Origin: Acaryochloris marina S15
GTDB taxonomy: Bacteria; Cyanobacteriota; Cyanobacteriia; Thermosynechococcales; Thermosynechococcaceae
Direction: 5' to 3'
DNA: 32,000 nucleotides
Assembly (NCBI RefSeq): GCF_018336915.1
Contig: NZ_CP064923.1
Coordinates: 4,080,001-4,112,000, forward strand
Shown here: positions 8,451 to 16,179 of the stretch, piece by piece
How positions within the stretch are numbered: the stretch's first letter is position 1
Layout: every line of letters begins with the position of its first letter
The notes under the pieces: model-generated
The model's input: the letters and a program-made list of their open reading frames with translations, nothing else
Told to the model about the DNA's origin: nothing
Database searches by the model: none
Made by a program: the position numbers and the translations under genes

Positions 8451-9524
8451 GTGGGGCCAGCCACTCAACGCTCATCTCTGTTTCCAGCCTTCATCATGCC
8501 TGCGCCCTCCATTGACCCAGCACAACTCAGGACTGATTTATCCACCCCTTTGAAGATCGGTCCCTTTGCGGTTAACAGTCGGGTATTGCAGTCGCCCTTA
8601 TCTGGCGTCACGGATTTGGTCTTTCGTCGCTTGGTGCGACGCTATGCCCCCGAATCGATGCTCTACACAGAAATGGTTCATGCCAGCCAGGTCTGCCATG
8701 CCCGTGACCTCTCCAAAGTTATGGACGTGGATTTGGATGAGCAGCCGATTAGTGTACAGCTGTTTGATTGCCGTCCCCATTTTCTAGCGGAAGCCGCCCA
8801 AATGGCAGTCCAGGAAGGGGCAGATACCATTGATTTGAATATGGGCTGTCCCGTCAATAAAATTACTAAAAAAGGTGGCGGATCTTCGCTTTTGCGAGAT
8901 CCAGAAACCGCAGAAGCCATCGTTCGGGCAGTTGTAGCTGCTGTTGAGGTGCCCGTGACAGTTAAAACTCGCATTGGCTGGAAGGAGGACGAAATCAATA
9001 TCCTAGAGTTCGCCCAACGCATGCAGGATGCGGGTGCTCAGATGATTACAGTGCACGGTCGGACACGAGCCCAGGGCTACAATGGTCCCGCTCAGTGGCA
9101 GTGGATCAAACAAGTAAAAGAACGACTGTCGATTCCAGTCATTGCCAATGGCGATATTGTGTCTGTGGAGTCGGCGATTGCCTGTCTAGAGACGACAGGG
9201 GCAGATGGTGTGATGTGTTCGCGAGGGACATTGGGCTATCCCTATTTGGTGGGAGAGATAGATTATTTCCTCAAAACAGGACAGAAAAAGGCCCCACCTA
9301 CTATTATTGAGCGCTTGCAATGTGCGCAGGAGCATTTGCAAGGGCTGTGGGAATATAAAGGCATCAAAGGCATTCACCAAGCTCGAAAACATATGACTTG
9401 GTACGTAAAGGGGTTTGTTGGTGCTGCCGAATTGCGAGATCGACTCTGTCGGATCAATAGCGTCGAAGAAGGTCTAGAGTTGCTTGACCAAGCCATAGAC
9501 GGTAATCCCACCCCGCAGGCTTAA
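8451..9524 (+). CDS. dusB: tRNA dihydrouridine synthase (DusB-like)
   Basis: It has the Dus family motif DLNMGCPVNKITKKGGGSSLL and VTVKTRIGW..ITVHGRT. The ORF opens at GTG 8451. An alternative start is the ATG at 8496 (MPAPSIDP). Confidence 0.9.
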   Translation: MGPATQRSSLFPAFIMPAPSIDPAQLRTDLSTPLKIGPFAVNSRVLQSPLSGVTDLVFRRLVRRYAPESMLYTEMVHASQVCHARDLSKVMDVDLDEQPISVQLFDCRPHFLAEAAQMAVQEGADTIDLNMGCPVNKITKKGGGSSLLRDPETAEAIVRAVVAAVEVPVTVKTRIGWKEDEINILEFAQRMQDAGAQMITVHGRTRAQGYNGPAQWQWIKQVKERLSIPVIANGDIVSVESAIACLETTGADGVMCSRGTLGYPYLVGEIDYFLKTGQKKAPPTIIERLQCAQEHLQGLWEYKGIKGIHQARKHMTWYVKGFVGAAELRDRLCRINSVEEGLELLDQAIDGNPTPQA

Positions 9525-9637
9525 CCAGGTTCCCTACAATATAAAAATGGACTGCTCCATCAATGAAGCTCCATCCCTCATTCGCAATGCACGGGATTGA
9601 CGTAGAATTTTTTGATCAAACACAGCGATAGAACATT

Positions 9638-11749
9638 ATGACCAACGACACCCCCATCGCCGCCCAAGATAACCCTCTCCTCATCTGTGAAGGCTTGCCC
9701 CCTTTTGACCAAATTGAAGCGGAGCACGTGCTGCCCGCCATCACGCAACTTTTAACCGAGCTAGAGCAGGAATTGCAAGCCCTAGAAACAGACGTCCAAC
9801 CCACTTGGACTGGATTGGTGGAACCCTTAGAACAGCTCGGCGACCGATTGAGCTGGAGCTGGGGTATTGTTGGACATTTAATGGGGGTCAAAAACTCTCC
9901 AGAATTACGGAAAGCCTATGAAGCTGGCCAACCCAAGATCGTGGAATTTATCACTCGCTTGAGCCAGAGTCGCCCTATTTACGAAACCTATAAAAAACTG
10001 CAACAGAGTCCAGACTGGTCTCAATTAGATCCGGCTCAACAACGCATCGTTGAGAGTGCGATTCGGGAGGCAGAGCTATCGGGTGTGGGTCTGATTGGAG
10101 AGGTCAAAGAGCGATTCAATCAAATTCAGCTGGAATTAGCGACTCTATCGACTCAATTCTCGAACCATGTCTTGGATGCAACCAAAGCATTCAATATTCT
10201 ACTAACCAATCCCAAGGAAGTGGCAGGCTTACCGCCAAGCTTACTAAGCCTAGCGGCCCAGGCAGCTCGGGCAGTGGGAGAGAAAGACTCCACGCCAGAG
10301 CATGGTCCTTGGTTAATGACCCTTGACATTCCCTGTTTTGGCCCATTTATGCAGCATAGCCAGCGCCGCGACTTACGGGAAAAGCTGTATCGAGCCTATA
10401 TTAGCCGGGCTTCTGAAGGGGAATTTGATAACACTGAGATTATCGATCGAATTCTCAAGCTGCGAAAAGAAGAAGCAAAACTTCTTGGCTTTACAACCTA
10501 TGCGGAAGCCAGTCTAGCGAGTAAAATGGCCCCCACAGTTTCTGCCGTTGAAACCTTACAGGAGCAACTCCGACAGGCTAGTTTCGATCAAGCTACTGCA
10601 GAACTCGAAACCCTCAAAACCTTTGCCAAGGAGCAAGGATCTGAGGAAGATAGCGATCTCAAGCATTGGGATGTCAGTTTCTGGGCCGAGCGCCAGCGAG
10701 AAGCCAAGTTTGATATTACTGATGAGCAATTGCGCCCCTATTTCCCCTTACCCCAGGTCTTAGACGGCTTGTTTAATCTGGTCAACCGCCTGTTTGGGGT
10801 GACGGTGACCGCTGCCGATGGTCAAGCTCCGGTTTGGCAGGAAGATGTTCGCTATTTTCAAGTCGCCAATGAACAGGGAGAACCTATCGCTCACTTCTAC
10901 CTGGATCCTTACTCTCGCCCAGCGGAGAAGCGGGGCGGTGCCTGGATGGATGAATGCTTGGGTCGCGCCAAGTTCCATCGGGGTGATACGGTCCAGACTC
11001 GCTTACCCGTTGCCTATTTGATTTGTAATCAAACCCCTCCAGTAGATGGTAAACCCAGTTTAATGACCTTCAGAGAGGTGGAAACCCTCTTTCATGAGTT
11101 CGGCCATGGCTTGCAGCATATGCTCACTCAGGTGGATTATGCGGGCGCTGCAGGCATCAGTAATGTGGAATGGGATGCGGTCGAACTGCCCAGTCAGTTT
11201 ATGGAAAACTGGTGCTATGACCGCCAAACCCTGATGGGCATGGCCAAGCACTATGAGACAGGTGAATCATTACCTGAAGAGTATTACCAGAAGCTGCTGG
11301 CGGCTCGGACCTATATGAGTGGCAGCACCATGCTGCGGCAGCTCCACTTTGGCATGGTGGATATGGAACTGCACCATAACTACGAGCCCGGTGGTTCTGA
11401 GAAAGTGAAACAGGTCCGCGATCGCATTGCCAAAACCACCACCATCTTGCCTCCCTTGCCAGAAGATTCTTTTCTCTGCTCCTTTGGGCACATTTTTGCC
11501 GGGGGGTATTCCGCCGGATACTACAGCTACAAATGGGCTGAAGTGCTGAGTGCCGACGCTTTTTCTGCCTTTGAAGAAGCAGGATTAGAGAACGATGCTG
11601 CCATTCGAGAGACGGGCCGCCGATTTCGCGATACGGTTCTAGCGTTAGGAGGAAGTCAGCATCCCATGGAAGTCTTCAAATCTTTCAGAGGGCGAGAACC
11701 AAGCACTGAAGCGCTGCTTCGCCATAGTGGTCTAAAAGCCGAAGCCTAA
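9638..11749 (+). CDS. prlC: M3 family metallopeptidase (oligopeptidase A-like)
   Basis: 703 aa. It has the zinc motif HEFGH (LFHEFGHGLQH) and thimet/oligopeptidase-like architecture along its length. Confidence 0.9.
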   Translation: MTNDTPIAAQDNPLLICEGLPPFDQIEAEHVLPAITQLLTELEQELQALETDVQPTWTGLVEPLEQLGDRLSWSWGIVGHLMGVKNSPELRKAYEAGQPKIVEFITRLSQSRPIYETYKKLQQSPDWSQLDPAQQRIVESAIREAELSGVGLIGEVKERFNQIQLELATLSTQFSNHVLDATKAFNILLTNPKEVAGLPPSLLSLAAQAARAVGEKDSTPEHGPWLMTLDIPCFGPFMQHSQRRDLREKLYRAYISRASEGEFDNTEIIDRILKLRKEEAKLLGFTTYAEASLASKMAPTVSAVETLQEQLRQASFDQATAELETLKTFAKEQGSEEDSDLKHWDVSFWAERQREAKFDITDEQLRPYFPLPQVLDGLFNLVNRLFGVTVTAADGQAPVWQEDVRYFQVANEQGEPIAHFYLDPYSRPAEKRGGAWMDECLGRAKFHRGDTVQTRLPVAYLICNQTPPVDGKPSLMTFREVETLFHEFGHGLQHMLTQVDYAGAAGISNVEWDAVELPSQFMENWCYDRQTLMGMAKHYETGESLPEEYYQKLLAARTYMSGSTMLRQLHFGMVDMELHHNYEPGGSEKVKQVRDRIAKTTTILPPLPEDSFLCSFGHIFAGGYSAGYYSYKWAEVLSADAFSAFEEAGLENDAAIRETGRRFRDTVLALGGSQHPMEVFKSFRGREPSTEALLRHSGLKAEA

Positions 11750-12015
11750 ATGTATTTGGCCAACATTTAGAACCGATTGCTAAACACAACTGGTCCTGAT
11801 TTTTGCCACACAAGCCAGTATCATCCAAATTTTCGACATCAGGGATGGGATAGAGCCAAGTAAACATCAGGCCCTATTCCGTCCCTATTTTTTCTCGATC
11901 AGGGATAAAATGCTACGGCTACCAGAATAAACAAAAGTAAATGACCAAGAAGCATTAAAATTCATTTAAGCTGCCAACCTCAGCCCCATGGGACTACCTA
12001 AATCGGGACTGAACA

Positions 12016-12040
12016 GTATCACAAAAATATTTTGTGATAC
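12016..12040. promoter_or_regulatory. Operator-like palindrome upstream of the kinase gene
   Basis: gtatcacaaaa-ata-ttttgtgatac has perfect 11-bp arms around a 3-nt centre, 159 nt upstream of the ATG at 12199. It contains TCACA/TGTGA half-sites in inside-out orientation. Confidence 0.35.
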
Positions 12041-12198
12041 CCATTGATATCGAAACTACACAAGATACGAATGTTATCTTGTCCCCATCCTTTGACTTGA
12101 GGCCAGTTTCCCTGTCCTTTGACCTAGTACCATCACTGTTGTCTTCTCCAAAGCTCCTATGATGGGCCTTTTGAAAAAATACTGTTATTCCTTGGGAA

Positions 12199-13650
12199 AT
12201 GTCTCAGTGTCTTAATCCTGAGTGCTTGCACTCCAATGCCAGTGATAGTTCAACATGTCAACAATGTGGTTGGTCTCTACTCCTAGGCGGGCACTATCGT
12301 GCCATTCGATCCCTGGGAACAGGGGGGTTCTCAAATACCTTTTCGGCAATAGATGAGCACTGTTTGCAGTCTCCATGCGTGATCAAGCAGTTTATTCCAC
12401 CTCAATTAGATCCAAGCCGGGTAGAGAAATCAATCGCCCTTTTTCATCAAGAAGCATCGATATTAAAGGAACTGGGCAATCACCCCCAAATCCCTTCGCT
12501 ATTGGCTTTCTTAGAACAGGACGGACAGCTTTATCTGATCCAGGAATTTATCGAAGGGCAAGATCTATTTCAAGAAGCCATCGAAAATGGCCCCTTCAGT
12601 GAACAGCAGATTCAACAACTGTTTACAGAGCTGTTGCCGATCTTGCAGTTTATTCATGAGCGACAGGTGGTCCACCGAGACATCAAACCCGGCAATATTC
12701 TTCGTCAAGAAAATGGCTCCCTGGTACTGATTGATTTTGGGGGGTCCTTACAATTGGAAGGCCAGTTTCGACCCGTCACCGGAACACCTGGCTATGCCTC
12801 CCCAGAACAACTCAAGGGCCAAGTAGAAGCAGCTAGCGATTTACATAGCTTGGCAATAACAGCGATGCGCCTCTTGACAGGATATCTTGCCCAAGAAGAC
12901 TCAGATCCCTTTGCCAATCCGCAACAACGGCATCAAGTCTGGCATCGCCTCAAGGTCAATGTCAGCCCTGAACTAACGCAAATTTTTGATAACCTTCTCC
13001 ACCCAGACATTCAACAGCGGTATCAATCAGCCATCGAAGTGTGGCAAGCCCTAAGTCCCAATGCGAACCTATCGTCTAGCCCTTCACCCAGTCTTCAGAC
13101 CCTGTCGTCCCCCCTACAACCCAAAATGACGACCTCTGCATCAACCCCTGTCCTAAAAAGCGATGTAGGGGCAAATTACACCTATTTAAAAGACTTATTA
13201 ACCCAACAAAATTTCGCTGCTGCTGACCAAGAAACTTGGAATCTGATGCTAAAAATTGCGGGTATGACCACACAAGAAGCGCTCAATATTCAGGTAGTTC
13301 AGAATTTTCCTCTCCAAGATCTAAAAACTTTAGATTCTTTGTGGACAGAGTATAGTGGTGGACACTTTGGATTTTCAGCTCAAAGACAAATCTACCAGCG
13401 GCTCGGCGGTTCTCAAACGTTAGATTACGCCGTTTGGCAAACATTTGGAAAGCAAATCGGTTGGTTTAGCGAGGAACGATGGCAAGACTATACCAACTTA
13501 AAATTCACCCTCAGCGCACCGATCGGTCACTTACCCGCTTGTTTCGCAGATCCTCTTAATCGTCAGGGGGTTGACCGAGGTGTTTGCGGGTGGTGGCGCT
13601 TAGGATTTGTAACCCTCATTCACCGCCTGACATCATCAGTGAATGAATAA
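12199..13650 (+). CDS. Ser/Thr protein kinase with an N-terminal 4-Cys zinc-ribbon-like motif and a C-terminal GUN4 (porphyrin-binding) domain
   Basis: The 4-Cys motif uses C4, C9, C20 and C23 (CLNPEC..CQQCG). Kinase motifs are GTGGFS, VIK (K63), HRDIKPGN, DFG and TPGYASPE. An S/P-rich linker spans 286-320. Residues ~322-475 look like GUN4 (AADQETWNLMLKIAG, FPLQDLKTLDSLWTEYSGGHFGFSAQ, GHLP). Confidence 0.85.
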   Translation: MSQCLNPECLHSNASDSSTCQQCGWSLLLGGHYRAIRSLGTGGFSNTFSAIDEHCLQSPCVIKQFIPPQLDPSRVEKSIALFHQEASILKELGNHPQIPSLLAFLEQDGQLYLIQEFIEGQDLFQEAIENGPFSEQQIQQLFTELLPILQFIHERQVVHRDIKPGNILRQENGSLVLIDFGGSLQLEGQFRPVTGTPGYASPEQLKGQVEAASDLHSLAITAMRLLTGYLAQEDSDPFANPQQRHQVWHRLKVNVSPELTQIFDNLLHPDIQQRYQSAIEVWQALSPNANLSSSPSPSLQTLSSPLQPKMTTSASTPVLKSDVGANYTYLKDLLTQQNFAAADQETWNLMLKIAGMTTQEALNIQVVQNFPLQDLKTLDSLWTEYSGGHFGFSAQRQIYQRLGGSQTLDYAVWQTFGKQIGWFSEERWQDYTNLKFTLSAPIGHLPACFADPLNRQGVDRGVCGWWRLGFVTLIHRLTSSVNE

Positions 13651-13997
13651 ATCGCGCAGAATCTAAACCCTAAATATCTTGAGCTATTTGCTCTCTGCCA
13701 TAAAAATTAATTAATTCAATGAACGATTACCTGCTTCTTAGAACTGTTATTTATGCATGAAAGATAGCCCAACTTGGGGTTGATTCAAGGGTGGCATTTT
13801 TACAATGGGTATCTCTTCGTTGCATATTCTCTCTGAACATTGGAAAATCACTACAAGGTAAAATTTCACTGCAAATCTTACCCTTAATTTTATAAACTGT
13901 TTTTACATTGGTGTATTTAATACATCCTTAAAACCCGAATTTTGGGATGCTTCCTCTGACGGTTAATGCTTGGCTTACATATGAATGAGGCTATTTT

Positions 13998-16085
13998 GTG
14001 ATGACACATTCTTCTACTCCCTTGGACATCGATACGGCTGACCAGGAGGATCTTCCTACCCATCAAAACTCATCAAGATCGGCCGATCCGTCCTTTCACA
14101 TCCAGGACTTAGAGGCCGATGAGCCTACATCTGGCCCCTGGGATATGCAGATGGATGTAAGTGAAGCAGAAGCCAATCGAGGAGAAACGTTAGAAAGTCA
14201 GAATTCACATCCTGAAGCCCAAGCAACCGCCACTTCTAGCTGGGCTGCATCCCCCTTGGCAGGCCCTGTGAAGAATAAAGACGCTCCCTTTAAAGCTAAA
14301 GCCATATCTCTGGCCTTGGCGGTCAGTATGTTGCCAGTGCTCGCAATCGGAACCGTCACTTACTTTAGTGGGCAACTCGTTCAGCAACAAATTACTCAGG
14401 AACGGCAAGCTGGTAAACCAGATCTTCAAGTAACCGAACGCTCTATTCAGCAACAACTCCCTTCCCTATTGATTGGAACAGGAATCACAGCCCTTCTGGC
14501 CGGTGCGATCGCAGCTTGGTTAGCCCATCGAGCAACAACTCCTGTACTTAAAGCAGTTCAGGTCTCTGATGAGATGCTTCAGCAAATTCGGCCGGGTATG
14601 GTTAAGTCCGGGGAAGCTGAAGCAAATATCTTAAGCCAGCTAGAACATAATATTCGCAGCATCGAAGGCTATATCCCTGCGCTATTGGCCCAGCAAGATG
14701 CCGAAATTGAGCAATTACAGATGCTCAAGTACGTCACCAATAAGATTCGCGCCTCACTCAATGAAGATGATGTCCTCAACACCACCGTTGAAGAAGCTCG
14801 CAAAATCATCAAGGCCGATCGGGTCATTGTCTATGGGTTTGATGCAGACTGGTATGGCACGGTGATAGCTGAATCCGCTATTCCAGGCATTGCCAAGGCC
14901 TTATGGGCCGAAATTAGAGACCCTTGTTTTGCCGAGAACTACGTCGAGAAGTATCGTGCAGGACGAATTCAAGCCATTAATAACGTCCACGAAGCAGGCT
15001 TGACCCAATGCCATCTGGCCCAACTAGAGCCCTTTCAAGTGAAAGCCAACTTAGTGGTGCCGATTCTGCGGGAGGACAAGCTATTTGGTTTATTGATTGC
15101 CCATCAATGTACCCAACCCCGAGTATGGCAAGAGTCAGAAATCAACTTCTTTGCCCAAGTGGCCTCCCAAGTTGGATTTGCCCTTGAACATTCCCGGCTC
15201 CTGGTTCAAGTCGATCAAGCCAATAATAATGCAATGGCTAACACCCAGCAGACGGCTCAAGACTACGAAATGCTACAGCAGAGAATTTCGCAGCTTTCCC
15301 TAGAAAGTAATGGCGTGGTCGAACTATTTGGCACAGATGCCAATATGGCGATCACCCATACGCAAGACCAGATGCATGAAATTGCTGAAGCTGCGGATCA
15401 AATTCATGTCATCCTCAATGAGATTACCCAAACCCAGGAACAGGTGCAGATTGCCACGCAAGAAAGTCAAACTGGGATGACAAATACCGTGGACCATTTA
15501 CAGTCTCTATCCAAGTTGGTGGAAACCGTTGACCAATCGGTTCATCCCTTACAGCAACCCACCCAACAACTCGGTGAGCTGATTGATTTAATGGGACATG
15601 TGGTGTCCCAAGTCCAGCTACAGGCTATGAATGCAGCCCTTGAAGCGGCTCGATCTGGTGCTGCGGGTCAATCCTTTGCTGAAATTGCCGAAAAGGTACA
15701 TGGCTTATCTCGGCAGCTGGACGCGACCCTGACGGACGTCAAGCCCTTAGTCAGCCATATTCAAACAACGACTCAATCTGTGGGTCAGGAGATGTCTACG
15801 GGAAAAAACACAATTGCGGTGGATACCCAAACATTAGGCAATACCCAAGCGAAGTTGCATGAATTAAATAGCCTGAACCAACGGGTCTTAGATCTCGTGC
15901 AGCAAATTGCTGAAGTCACCACGAATCAGGTGGAATTATCGGTGTTAGGTCACAAAACCTTGGATCATCTCGCAAACACTACGCTCAGTGCCACAACACA
16001 ATCCTCCCAAATTGCAGAAGCCGTTCATCAGCTGATGGCTACGGTCAATAACGATCTCAACTCGGAAGATTCATTGTCAGCCTAG
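13998..16085 (+). CDS. Methyl-accepting chemotaxis-type protein with a cyanobacteriochrome-like GAF domain (PixJ/TaxD-like photoreceptor)
   Basis: It has an acidic N-terminus and two predicted TM helices (~103-124 and ~154-178). The GAF domain covers ~245-400. An MCP coiled-coil hairpin has its tip at MNAALEAARSG (544-554). The start is GTG 13998 or the adjacent ATG 14001. Confidence 0.85.
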   Translation: MMTHSSTPLDIDTADQEDLPTHQNSSRSADPSFHIQDLEADEPTSGPWDMQMDVSEAEANRGETLESQNSHPEAQATATSSWAASPLAGPVKNKDAPFKAKAISLALAVSMLPVLAIGTVTYFSGQLVQQQITQERQAGKPDLQVTERSIQQQLPSLLIGTGITALLAGAIAAWLAHRATTPVLKAVQVSDEMLQQIRPGMVKSGEAEANILSQLEHNIRSIEGYIPALLAQQDAEIEQLQMLKYVTNKIRASLNEDDVLNTTVEEARKIIKADRVIVYGFDADWYGTVIAESAIPGIAKALWAEIRDPCFAENYVEKYRAGRIQAINNVHEAGLTQCHLAQLEPFQVKANLVVPILREDKLFGLLIAHQCTQPRVWQESEINFFAQVASQVGFALEHSRLLVQVDQANNNAMANTQQTAQDYEMLQQRISQLSLESNGVVELFGTDANMAITHTQDQMHEIAEAADQIHVILNEITQTQEQVQIATQESQTGMTNTVDHLQSLSKLVETVDQSVHPLQQPTQQLGELIDLMGHVVSQVQLQAMNAALEAARSGAAGQSFAEIAEKVHGLSRQLDATLTDVKPLVSHIQTTTQSVGQEMSTGKNTIAVDTQTLGNTQAKLHELNSLNQRVLDLVQQIAEVTTNQVELSVLGHKTLDHLANTTLSATTQSSQIAEAVHQLMATVNNDLNSEDSLSA
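14730..15197 (+). other. GAF domain with DXCF motif plus canonical Cys-His (candidate two-Cys, bilin-binding cyanobacteriochrome)
   Basis: D308-P-C310-F311 is encoded at 14919-14930. C338-H339 is encoded at 15009-15014. The flanks are typical of CBCR GAFs (DRVIVYGFD..W.GTVIAES; FQVKANLVVPIL; LLIAHQC..W). Confidence 0.7.
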
Positions 16086-16179
16086 TTCATGACTCTGATA
16101 ATCCATCCTTTGCTTTGTTCTGCCTTTGGCCCAGTATCATTTTCTCTGGGGCTATTTCATCTAGTCTGCCGATCAGTTC

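Noticed and set aside
11685-11867. A 60-aa minus-strand ORF across the prlC stop.
   Set aside because: Half of it is antisense to the conserved C-terminus of the peptidase. It has no RBS and resembles no family.
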